Source of the DNA: an uncultured Deferribacteres bacterium
GTDB taxonomy: Bacteria; Zhuqueibacterota; Zhuqueibacteria; Zhuqueibacterales; Geothermadaptataceae
Direction of reading: 5' to 3'
DNA length: 23,259 nt
NCBI GenBank assembly: GCA_964014485.1
Contig: CAXHAT010000131.1
Span: 1 to 23,259, forward strand
The translations under genes were made by a program, and so were the position numbers. Numbering within the stretch: the stretch's first letter is position 1; each line of letters starts with the position of its first letter. Below, one piece after another: positions 6,895-15,587 of this stretch. The notes below the pieces were generated by a model that was not told the origin of the DNA, did not search any database, and worked only from the letters and a program-made list of their open reading frames with translations.

Positions 6895-9012
6895 ATGGCT
6901 TCTAACCGTCGCTTGTTAATCTTCCGTGTTATCGCGATTTGTATCGCTCCCGTCGCCATACTGCTCATCGAGGCGGGGCTGCGAATTGCTGACTATGGAT
7001 ATCCCACGGATATTGCCGTCAAGCAAACAACGAACGGGACTTCAGCCTTACATAACAATAATAAATATGTCTGGCGGTTCTTTCCGCCCGCCATCGCGCG
7101 AACAGCGTATCCGTTTTCTTTTTCTGACACCAAGCCTGGTAATACTTACAGGATTTTTGTATTAGGCGGTTCGGCTGCCGCGGGAACGCCGGACGGCGCC
7201 TTTTCTTTCGGCCGTATTCTACAAAGACTGCTCGAACATCAATACAGCCAGGCGAATTTTGAAGTGATCACACTGGCAATGCCTGCGATCAACTCCCACG
7301 TGGCGCTTGATATCGCCAGAGAGTGTACTGAATACGAACCAGATCTTGTTCTCGTCTATTTGGGCAACAACGAAGTCGTCGGACCATATGGCGCTGGAAC
7401 CGTTTTCGCACCGTTAAGCGGGAGTCTTTCTTTTATACGGTTTGGTATAGCGCTGCAAAAAACAAAACTGAGTCAGCTTTTCAACAATCTTGTCGCCCGA
7501 GTCGGTGCGGATGACGAGCCTCAGGTTTGGAAAGGTATGAGCATGTTTCTGGAAAACCAGGTGCGCGCAAGCAGTCCCGATCTGCAAGAAGTTTATCAAC
7601 ACTTCCGCAAAAATCTTACAGACATACGTGAAGCGGCATTAGAAGCGCAGGCTAACATCATCTTTTCGACGGTTGCAACAAATCTTAAGGACAGCGCGCC
7701 ATTTGCTTCTTTGCATAGCGAGCAACTGGATGATTCACAAAAATCAAAATGGGACGGATTTTATCAGCAAGGCGTCGCATTTGAGGGAGATCAAAACTAT
7801 GCAAAGGCCTTGGACGCTTACATCAGCGCTTCGATGATTGATGATGAATATGCGGACTTACATTTCAGGATTGCACGATGTTATGAACTTTTGGGTGTGT
7901 TCGAAAAAAGTAAGAAACATTACGCTCTGGCGCGTCAACTCGACGCATTGCGGTTTCGCGCCGACAGCACGATTAATGGCATTATTCGTGACGCGGCAAA
8001 GGGCCAAGAAAGCGAGGGCGTTTTAATGGTTGACGCTGATGAAAGCTTCTCGCAAGGCAGTCCAAATGGTATTCCGGGTGCAAATCTTTTCTATGAACAT
8101 GTGCATAAGAATTTTTCCGGCAATTATCTTTTGGCCAAAATCTTTTTCGAGGAGATAGAAGGAATATTGCCAGATTGGATCAGCGCGCGAAAAAACAGAG
8201 ATACTTCTCTCCTGACAGAACGTGAATGCGCTCGTTTGTTAGCCTTTTTTGAAAATGAACAACTCCGGTTAGCTAATCTCTTTTACATGAAGTTCCAAAA
8301 AGAGGCTCCCTTTGCGAACCAAATTTACAACAAGGAACGCCTTGACAAGCAATCTCAGGAGATCAGGAGAATTGCAGAAATTGCAAAGCCGGGCGTCATG
8401 ACGTCACTTGATTCCAAATATCGCAACGCAATTGAAAATAGCCCGCATGACTGGTGGCTGCATTGGAAATATGGGGATTATCTTGAACAATCCGGCCGAT
8501 TGCAAGCAGCCATGGAGCAATTTCAAACTGTTCTAAAAATTGTCCCCAATCACTATTTGGCATATGGGAGAGTCGCCGCACTTTATTTTAAACAGAACGA
8601 TACCAAAAAGGCCATTGATCTCTATGAAAATGCAATTGAGATATATCCAATCTACGCTGAAGCCCATTTGAATCTTGGCATTTTTAGTCACACCGCCAAA
8701 CAGTACAACAAAGCCGTTGATCACTATAAAGAAACAATCCGATTAGGCCTTTATCAGGCGGAGGCGTACAACAAGCTCGCGATTGTACTACGTGAACAGG
8801 GAAAAATCGAGGAAGCCATAGAAGTTCTACGCAACGCAATTACAAGGATACCAAACAATTTTAGGCTGCACTTTAACTTGGGCATGATGCTGTTGGAGCA
8901 AAAACGACGGGGCGCCGCCGCCGAAGCCTTTCGAAGGGCGTTGGAAATAAATCCAAATTCCGAGAAGACCCGGAAAATACTGAAAAGTTTGGGGCCGAAT
9001 GATCTGAAATGA
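6895..9012 (+). CDS. Membrane-anchored SGNH/GDSL-like domain protein with tetratricopeptide repeats
   Basis: N-terminal TM helix. SGNH-like blocks FVLGGS, YLGNNE and EHVH. About 6 C-terminal TPR units (e.g. AEAHLNLG, AEAYNKLA, LHFNLG...ALEINP). Confidence 0.8.
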   Translation: MASNRRLLIFRVIAICIAPVAILLIEAGLRIADYGYPTDIAVKQTTNGTSALHNNNKYVWRFFPPAIARTAYPFSFSDTKPGNTYRIFVLGGSAAAGTPDGAFSFGRILQRLLEHQYSQANFEVITLAMPAINSHVALDIARECTEYEPDLVLVYLGNNEVVGPYGAGTVFAPLSGSLSFIRFGIALQKTKLSQLFNNLVARVGADDEPQVWKGMSMFLENQVRASSPDLQEVYQHFRKNLTDIREAALEAQANIIFSTVATNLKDSAPFASLHSEQLDDSQKSKWDGFYQQGVAFEGDQNYAKALDAYISASMIDDEYADLHFRIARCYELLGVFEKSKKHYALARQLDALRFRADSTINGIIRDAAKGQESEGVLMVDADESFSQGSPNGIPGANLFYEHVHKNFSGNYLLAKIFFEEIEGILPDWISARKNRDTSLLTERECARLLAFFENEQLRLANLFYMKFQKEAPFANQIYNKERLDKQSQEIRRIAEIAKPGVMTSLDSKYRNAIENSPHDWWLHWKYGDYLEQSGRLQAAMEQFQTVLKIVPNHYLAYGRVAALYFKQNDTKKAIDLYENAIEIYPIYAEAHLNLGIFSHTAKQYNKAVDHYKETIRLGLYQAEAYNKLAIVLREQGKIEEAIEVLRNAITRIPNNFRLHFNLGMMLLEQKRRGAAAEAFRRALEINPNSEKTRKILKSLGPNDLK

Positions 9013-9219
9013 CTAGTATTACAACGTTAGGTCCGCGGGATCGCGCAAGAAAAGTGTCGTTCTCGTTCCAATGCTTCGCGTTGGAATGCAGCCCCGGCGC
9101 GTCGCGCCAATTCATTCAGGTTCAAAATTGTGCGGACGGAACCGGCGCGAAGCGCCACAAGCTGCATGACCACGCGAAGCATGGTCACGAGAATGCCAGA
9201 CTTAACGTTGTAATACCAG
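9013..9219. mobile_element. MITE-like element family B, copy 2 (complete) with internal REP-like doublet
   Basis: Ends CTAGTATTACAACGTTAGGTC / GACTTAACGTTGTAATACCAG (19/21 inverted match). Core hairpins CTCGTTCCAATGCTTCGCGTTGGAATGC and GCATGACCACGCGAAGCATGGTCACGAG. Confidence 0.82.
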
Positions 9220-9279
9220 GCAAGTTTATAAAAGCTGATTGAAAATAAAAATTCTATACTCAGAATCGGAGCAGGTTAG

Positions 9280-10410
9280 ATGAAAATAACCGAAGTGCAG
9301 CAATACACCGTATCACAGACCCTCGACGAAGAATTCTATTTTTCCCAGTGGCATTATTCAGAGAGGACAATCTGTCTCGTTAAGATTACGACCGACGAGG
9401 GCCTTTACGGTTGGGGAGAGGGTTATGGTCCTGCAAACGTTATAAAGTCTGCGATCGATTTTTACCGGCCCCTGCTCATTGGGCAGGACCCTCTGCACCA
9501 GGAAAACCTATGGCGCGCCATGTACCTCCGCTCACTCGATTATGCTCGCCGCGGAATTATGCTTTCGGCATTGAGTGCGCTGGACATTGCCCTTTGGGAT
9601 TTGAAGGGCAAGATTTTAGGGCAACCGGTTTCGGTATTACTTGGCGGACGCAAATCCGAAAAAGTGCGCGCCTATGCGACCGGCTTATATTTTTCGGAAG
9701 GAGATAACTTGCCTCAACGATTGGCTGACGAAGCGCTCTCTTACAAGCAAGCCGGCTTCGAGGCCGTGAAGATGAAAGTCGGCTTGGGTTTAGAGAAAGA
9801 CGTTAGAAATGTTCAGGCAGTGCGCGAGGTTTTAGGGCCGGGTGTTGAGCTAATGATTGATGCCAATCATGCTTTTTCGTTGAAGGAAGCATTACAACTG
9901 GCGCGGGCGGTCGAGCGGTATAACATCGCATGGTTTGAGGAGCCTATAAGTCCCGAAGACTACGAAAACTACTCCGAGCTGCGTTTGCGCACAAGCATAC
10001 CGATTGCAGGCGGAGAGTGTGAGTATTTGCGCCCCGGCTTTTTGAACCTTTTTAAGAATCGTTGTGTGGACATAGCGCAACCTGATATTTGCGCGGCAGG
10101 CGGCGTTACGGAGGTCAAAAAGCTGATGAGTATGGCTCAGACATTCGGGGTAGATATTGTACCGCATTCCTGGGGAACCGGGATCGCCCTAAGCGCCGGT
10201 TTACATTTGATGAGCAACTGGGACAGCATTCCGGGGAGGCTTTTCGAACCTGAGCCTCTCATTGAACTGGATCGGACGGAGAACCCCTTGAGAGACAAAC
10301 TGGTCACGCCGGCTTTTGTCCCCGAAGAAGGTCGAATAAAGGTTCCTGACACGCCTGGGCTGGGTGTAGATGTTAATGAGGAGCAGCTAAACAAGTTTTT
10401 GGAAGCATAG
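9280..10410 (+). CDS. Mandelate racemase/muconate lactonizing (enolase superfamily) enzyme, D-galactarolactone / 3,6-anhydro-D-galactonate cycloisomerase-like
   Basis: GWGE, ALDIALWDLKGK, KMK, metal ligands in DANH, EEP and GGE, then QPD, PHSWGTG, ELDRTENP and PGLGV. From memory, the overall pattern matches Gci/DauC-type proteins. Confidence 0.88.
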   Translation: MKITEVQQYTVSQTLDEEFYFSQWHYSERTICLVKITTDEGLYGWGEGYGPANVIKSAIDFYRPLLIGQDPLHQENLWRAMYLRSLDYARRGIMLSALSALDIALWDLKGKILGQPVSVLLGGRKSEKVRAYATGLYFSEGDNLPQRLADEALSYKQAGFEAVKMKVGLGLEKDVRNVQAVREVLGPGVELMIDANHAFSLKEALQLARAVERYNIAWFEEPISPEDYENYSELRLRTSIPIAGGECEYLRPGFLNLFKNRCVDIAQPDICAAGGVTEVKKLMSMAQTFGVDIVPHSWGTGIALSAGLHLMSNWDSIPGRLFEPEPLIELDRTENPLRDKLVTPAFVPEEGRIKVPDTPGLGVDVNEEQLNKFLEA

Positions 10411-10447
10411 ACTTCCAACCGACGAATCATTTGCTCGGAATATTTAG

Positions 10448-11200
10448 GGTTTGCTGAAAAAGTCAGCTAATCATAATAAAAACAATTTGCTAAGTTGTGA
10501 TAATCCTATATATTCAGCCCCTGAAATGCACGATAATCGGCGTCCGTGCCGTCAAACCCTTGCACTTTTACCGGTGGCTCTGATGTACAGGCTCTCCGAC
10601 GCAGCCTGTAACCAACTCGCCCTTTTCGAAAAATCCATGCCTTTTGGCGGAAAGCTCGCCCCTGAAAACCGCTGGATACGCCTGACCGCAAAGTGAACCT
10701 GAGTCATGTCAACGGCTTCATGTTCGCAGATTATTTGAGCTTCGATAACTTCAATGAGAGTTTATGGTTAAAACATTCCATCGAAGCCTTCAAAAAGCGC
10801 TTTGACAGGCTGCCGGATTACGTTTGCGTCGACCACATTTTCGGCACGCGAGAAAATCGAGCTTATCTCAAAGAACAAGGCATTCGCACGACGGTCAAGC
10901 CGCTCGGACGAAAAAAGAAAGCACCGGCGTCCGACGCTGAACGACGATGGCGACGGCGAAAACAGAAGGAACGCAATCAGATTGAAGGCGGTATCGGACA
11001 TTGCAAAAAAAACTATCATCTTGGAAGCGTACGCGCCAAATTGCCCGAAACCGAGCAGGCGTGGATCAGAATGGGGTTGTTCACTCGTAATCTGATGATC
11101 GCAAACGCCAAAACCTGATAAGTCGCGGCCGTCGAGATGACAAAAAAAGCATATGAGGAAACAAACAGGCTTCCTAAACTAATCGTTTTTCCAGTAAACC
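10448..11200 (+). mobile_element. Internally deleted IS5-family insertion sequence
   Basis: Imperfect TIRs GGTTTGCTGAAAAA / TTTTCCAGTAAACC; the left end follows TTAG. Encloses N- and C-terminal transposase fragments. Confidence 0.8.
10583..11118 (+). pseudogene. IS5-family transposase remnant (N-terminus joined out of frame to the C-terminal part)
   Basis: MYR...QL...PFGGKLAPENRWIRL (10583-10696) is a typical N-terminus. SFDNFNES...VDHIFGTRENR...PLGR...RNQIEGGIGHCK...RAKLPET (10693-11118) is the C-terminal DDE part. The middle is missing. Confidence 0.85.
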
Positions 11201-11202
11201 CC

Positions 11203-11397
11203 AACCTGGACAAGCCAGAAATCCCAAATAACAAAAACCAAATTCCAAATAAATCACAACTTCCAAATCGCAATTTCCAATCTGCTCCGTTAACACGACA
11301 AGGCTTTGTTTGAGCTTTGAAAATTGGTTTATGAGATTTATTTGTGATTTGGAGATTGCCGTTTGGGGAATTTAAGTTTTGCCAAAAATTGGCAAAA
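11203..11397. repeat. Low-complexity heptamer-based imperfect palindrome
   Basis: About 7-nt units (AAATCCC, AAATAAC, AAAAACC, AAATTCC, AAATAAA...) mirrored by GATTTATTTGTGATTTGGAGATTG...GGAATTT. Followed by hairpin TTTTGCCAA-AAA-TTGGCAAAA. Confidence 0.7.
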
Positions 11398-11413
11398 AAT
11401 AACTCAACAGACA

Positions 11414-11561
11414 CTAAAGTATGAGTGGCTCAAGCCGCAGCATTACCTCAACAAAAAGACATTTAGCCAAGCTCTGGAAAATATTCTCGTGAAAATCGGC
11501 GACGAATTCACTATAAATTTCAAAAAACAAAAAGTGCCGATTATTTTTCAGTGACTACTTA
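11414..11561 (+). pseudogene. IS630-family transposase C-terminal remnant with right end
   Basis: LKYEWLKPQHY...ALENILVKIGDEFTINF resembles IS630-type C-termini. It ends in TTATTTTTCAGTGACTACT-TA, an IS630-like end with a TA target. Confidence 0.65.
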
Positions 11562-11785
11562 CGCTCGGATATATTCTTATGATTGTAACATCGCTGAAGC
11601 CTGCCTTCCGGAAAACATAGTCTTCGATTCGAAGCGTTCAAGATTGGCTAAAACCTACTTGCCTATAGACAGCTCCGCTAAGCCTGTAACAGAGCATTTT
11701 AAAGTCGATCCAATCTCAATTAACAGCCAGATGCCAAAACCATGATTTCATGTTTGAATCTATCATCAGTTCGCCAGTTATACCG

Positions 11786-12060
11786 TCAAACTCCCACTAC
11801 AATTTCTGGAGCTTCAACCATGGTTTCTTTGAGTTTGTTTGCCAATTGCCGCATGAACGGCTCGACCAGTATCCCACGTTGGGCGAAGGGGAGGTGGTGA
11901 ACGTCAACGCCATCGCAGGCGAGCGCGCCCCGGCCGAATTAATGGTTTCTTTCCTGAGCAAAAAAGTGGCGATCAGCGCCTCTTTCGTGTACCTTGATAG
12001 TATCATGATCTTATCAACGAGTGCTTCCATGAAGCTTCTCTTAACCTCCTGAATGACAGG
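11786..12060 (-). pseudogene. Probable decayed C-terminal fragment of an NRPS/PKS-type thioesterase domain
   Basis: Frame 11938-11786 reads FGRGALACDGVDVHHLPFAQRGILVEPFMRQLANKLKETM, resembling the consensus GW..LA.GGVEVH.VPGDH..ML.EP.V..LA.KL. The upstream part is in another frame. Confidence 0.4.
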
Positions 12061-12092
12061 TGAGAACGTATGGAGAATCAAGAAAATTGGCA

Positions 12093-15000
12093 TTATTCCG
12101 CGGAGCCTGGAATCAATGCTTTCGGCGCACCGCCTTCCGGGAGTTCTTTTTTGAAGGTGTTTTCAGGGGTGTAGAAATTGTAGAGCACCGGCACGACCAC
12201 CAGCGTCAAAATCGTTGAAACGATGAGGCCGCCGATGATCGTCCAACCCATTGGGGCCCACATGGTGCCGCCTTGCAGCGTGAGCGGCAGGAGACCGCCG
12301 ATGGTGGTGCCCGTCGTGAGAACAATCGGCAGAAAGCGCGTTTCCCCGGCGCGTTGCAGCGCCTCGCGCGCGCCGACGCCGTCCCGCCGCAATTGATTTG
12401 TGTAATCCACCAAAATAATCGAATTGTTGACCACGATGCCGACGAGGCTGGTCAGACCGACGAATGCGGTGAATGAAAACGTGTTGCCGGTGATTAGCAG
12501 CGCCAGCACCGCGCCGATCATCGCCAACGGAATTGCGGTGAAAACGATCAGCGGCTGCGTGAACGAGCGGAACTGCAAAACCAGCACGCCAAAGATCGCG
12601 ACCATCGCCGTGGTGATTGCCTGTGCCATACCGCCGAAAGATTCTTCCCGGCTTTCCAGTTCCCCGCCGATGGTGTAGCGATAGCCCTTCGGCCATTCGT
12701 AAGCGTCCAGTTTTTGCAAAACTTCCTGCGTCACCTCGTCGACGGTTCTTTCGCCCGCCACGTCCGCCGTCAAAAGCACGCTGCGTTCGAGATCGACGTG
12801 GGTGATTTGCGCCGGGTTGGTCTCAAATTCAATGCGCGCCAGTTGATTCAGCGGAATTTGTCCGCCGGTGACGGAAGAGATGTAGATTTTATCAAAATCA
12901 GAAAGCTGCGGGCGTTCGGAAATCGGCAGGCGTACGACGATGTCGCGTTTGTCGCCGTCCTTTTGCCGGAATTGCGAGACTGGCACGCCGGAAATCGCGG
13001 CGCGCACCGTGCGATCAACATCGGCGAGCGCTGCGCCGTACATTCCGGCTTTCTCGCGGTTGATGCTGACGTGGACGTCGGTTTTCGGGAATTCCATCGG
13101 GTTGTGGATGTTGACCGCGTCCGGCGTTTCCTTGATCATTCCAGCAACGTCCGCCGCCAACGCTTCCAGAACTTCCAATTCTTCTCCCACAACATAAAAT
13201 GCAATCGGCGCTTCGACCGGCGGCCCCTGCTCGAATTCCTTGATTTCGACGCGCGCTTCCGGAATCGCGGCGAATTTTTCACGCAAGCGCTCGATCAGCT
13301 CCGCCATTTTTTTCATATTGTCATGATTGAGAGCGACGTAAAGCTGCGCATGATTTTGCGCTTCGCTGCGTGAGTTGGTGTTGTAATAAATGACCGGATT
13401 ACCGTGCCCGATATTCGACGCAATGCTTCTGATTTCGGGCTCCTGTGCCAGGATATTTTCAACTTCTCTTGCGATTTCGTCGGTCTTCACGACGCTCGTA
13501 CCTTCCGGCGCTTCAACATTGACGAACATTTGCGCTTTCTCCGCTTTGGGAAAAAGACTTACGCCGACGAGCGGAAACAGCGCCAGGCTGCCGACAAAAA
13601 CAAGCCCCGCCGCCAGCACCGTGAGCTTCGGATGATCCAGCGCCCATCGCAGGCTGCCGCGATATGCAGTCGAGACGAATCCGGTCACGACCCTTTCCCC
13701 AAGCCGTCCTTTTGACTTGCCGTTTTTCTTGAGAAATCGGCTGGCGAGAAACGGCGTCAGAATCAGCGAGATGAGCAAGGAGGCCGCGAGGGTGTAGACC
13801 ACGGTGACCGGCATGCTTTTGATGAATTCACCGGCGGGGTTTTGCATGAGAATCATAGGCAAAAAAGCGAGAATCGAAGTGGCGGTGGCGCTGACAATCG
13901 CCCAGGCGATCTGCCCGGTTCCGCGAATCGCCGCTTCGCGAAAGCCATAGCCTTTTTTCAAATAACGCGAGACGTTTTCCACCACGACGATGGCGTTGTC
14001 GACGAGCAGGCCAAGTGCAATGACAAACCCGGTGATCGACATTTGCTCAATCCCGAAACCGTTTAAATCCAGAAAGCCAAGACCGATCAAAATCGAGATT
14101 GGAATTGCGATAATCACGATCAGCGAAGCCCGCGCGCCGAGAATCAGCAGCATGACGAGCCCGACGAGCAGCACGCCTTGCAGGAGATTCCCGGAAAAAC
14201 TGTCCAGACGCTCCTGCACGCTCTCAGACTGATCGAAAACCCACTCCAGCGACATACTTTCCGGCAGTTCGCCAGCGAAATTTTCAACTTCCGCCCGAAC
14301 GCCTTCCATGACGTTGTAAATATTGGTGCGGTCTTTTTGCGTCGCCGTCAAAAACGCCGCGCGCCTGCCGTTGAGACGCGCCAGATAATTCTCGTCTTCG
14401 TAGCCAAACGTCACATCGGCAACGTCTTTGAGGTAAACGATCCTGCCGTTCGCCGCGTGGACGATGGTGTTTTTGACGTCTTCGAGCGATTCATAGCTGC
14501 CGCTGGTTTTCACGCTGAAACGTTTGCCGCCGGCGTAAATGCTGCCGCCGGGGATGTTGGCGTTGTTGCTTTGGATCGCCAGGAAAACACGATCAAGCGG
14601 GAGGTGCAGCGAGGCGATTTTTTGCAGATCGACGGAAACGTGAACTTCCTGTTCCGGCAGCGCCCATTGGCGCACTTTTCGAATACCGGAAACCGTCTCT
14701 AATCGTTTTTTCAAAATATCCGCCTCGCGCTCGATCTCGGCGTAACTCGCTTCTTCCGAGACAATCGCCAATTGAAAAATATTGACGTAATCGGCGATGG
14801 AAAAGCGGTTGAAATCGATGCGCAAAATGTCGTCCGGCAATTCTTCTCGAATGCTGTTGATTTTCTGCACCACGTCCGCGTGCTTGTCGTCCGGGTCTTC
14901 GCCAAACAAAAACTCGGTTTCGACAACGCCGACGCCGTTGGCCGCGAAAGATTCGATCTTTTTCACATCGTCGAGCTCGTTCAGCGCTTCTTCAATCGGA

Positions 15001-15194
15001 TCGATGACGAGCTGTTCCATGTCGTTCGGGCTGGTGCCGGGATAAATGACGATGACGTTCGACTTCGGCTGCGTCACCTGCGGGTCTTCAGAACGCGGCA
15101 TTGTCAGAAGCGCAACACCGCCCAAAAGCGCGAGCAAAATCACGACGATGAGCGTGAATTGATAATTTTCTATGGCGAGTTTTGGGAGTTTCAT
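12093..15194 (-). CDS. RND efflux transporter permease subunit (AcrB/CusA family), 1033 aa
   Basis: RND topology with GLLVDNAIVVVEN, GIVVNNSIILVD and RFLPIVLTT motifs. The likely start is MKLPKLAI at 15194; the 111-aa upstream extension in the ORF track runs through repeat DNA. Confidence 0.95.
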   Translation of the reverse strand: MKLPKLAIENYQFTLIVVILLALLGGVALLTMPRSEDPQVTQPKSNVIVIYPGTSPNDMEQLVIDPIEEALNELDDVKKIESFAANGVGVVETEFLFGEDPDDKHADVVQKINSIREELPDDILRIDFNRFSIADYVNIFQLAIVSEEASYAEIEREADILKKRLETVSGIRKVRQWALPEQEVHVSVDLQKIASLHLPLDRVFLAIQSNNANIPGGSIYAGGKRFSVKTSGSYESLEDVKNTIVHAANGRIVYLKDVADVTFGYEDENYLARLNGRRAAFLTATQKDRTNIYNVMEGVRAEVENFAGELPESMSLEWVFDQSESVQERLDSFSGNLLQGVLLVGLVMLLILGARASLIVIIAIPISILIGLGFLDLNGFGIEQMSITGFVIALGLLVDNAIVVVENVSRYLKKGYGFREAAIRGTGQIAWAIVSATATSILAFLPMILMQNPAGEFIKSMPVTVVYTLAASLLISLILTPFLASRFLKKNGKSKGRLGERVVTGFVSTAYRGSLRWALDHPKLTVLAAGLVFVGSLALFPLVGVSLFPKAEKAQMFVNVEAPEGTSVVKTDEIAREVENILAQEPEIRSIASNIGHGNPVIYYNTNSRSEAQNHAQLYVALNHDNMKKMAELIERLREKFAAIPEARVEIKEFEQGPPVEAPIAFYVVGEELEVLEALAADVAGMIKETPDAVNIHNPMEFPKTDVHVSINREKAGMYGAALADVDRTVRAAISGVPVSQFRQKDGDKRDIVVRLPISERPQLSDFDKIYISSVTGGQIPLNQLARIEFETNPAQITHVDLERSVLLTADVAGERTVDEVTQEVLQKLDAYEWPKGYRYTIGGELESREESFGGMAQAITTAMVAIFGVLVLQFRSFTQPLIVFTAIPLAMIGAVLALLITGNTFSFTAFVGLTSLVGIVVNNSIILVDYTNQLRRDGVGAREALQRAGETRFLPIVLTTGTTIGGLLPLTLQGGTMWAPMGWTIIGGLIVSTILTLVVVPVLYNFYTPENTFKKELPEGGAPKALIPGSAE

Positions 15195-15283
15195 GAGTTT
15201 ACCGTCTGAATGATGTTCGGAGATTTCATTAGTCAACGCAGAGCGCGCAAAGGCGCTGAGTCGACGCAGAGCTTTCCACCCGG

Positions 15284-15399
15284 CTCGTTCCCAAATTTCA
15301 TTTGGGAACGCAATTGTTTTCGAAGTTTTACTTCGATTCTTTGATGCGAAGTAGAACTTCGCGAACAAAGGCGTTACCAAGTGGAAACTTGGTAACGAG
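15284..15399. repeat. REP-like doublet (CTCGTTCCCAA...TTGGTAACGAG) with two internal hairpins
   Basis: CTCGTTCCCAAATTTCATTTGGGAACGC (15284-15311) and GCGTTACCAAGTGGAAACTTGGTAACGAG (15371-15399). Inner hairpins CGAAGTTTTACTTCG and GCGAAGTAGAACTTCGC. Confidence 0.8.
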
Positions 15400-15430
15400 T
15401 TAAAACTCCGCCTTGGGCGTTCCAAAAAAA

Positions 15431-15520
15431 CACGCTGAACGTGGACTACAAACGACGGAGCTTCCGTCAACGCTGAGCGTAAAGAAAGCTCTGTCGTTTG
15501 TAGTTCAGCCTTTAGGCTGT
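15431..15520. repeat. Second REP-like inverted repeat element
   Basis: GGACTACAAACGACGGAGCTT (15443-15463) / AAGCTCTGTCGTTTGTAGTTC (15486-15506), 19/21 match. Flanked by hairpin CAGCCTTTAGGCTG. Confidence 0.72.
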
Positions 15521-15587
15521 CTCTCAAGCGCCCTATACGAGAATCGTTTCAGTTTTTGGGGCAGGCTTTACGTTGTTATCTACAAAC

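Noticed and set aside
11203..11397. Possible CRISPR array
   Set aside because: No identical 23-47 bp repeats with regular unique spacers here or elsewhere, and no cas genes.
11016..11414. 132-aa minus-strand ORF
   Set aside because: It spans the antisense of the IS5 remnant and the low-complexity palindrome, with no coding signature.
11562..11785. Short ORFs and an FRKAGFSDV-like peptide on the minus strand
   Set aside because: Too short and interrupted by stops to assign.
15195..15527. 111-aa N-terminal extension of the RND permease from TTG 15527
   Set aside because: It runs through palindromic repeats and has no RND-like character. The family-typical N-terminus starts at ATG 15194, so the open frame is probably chance.
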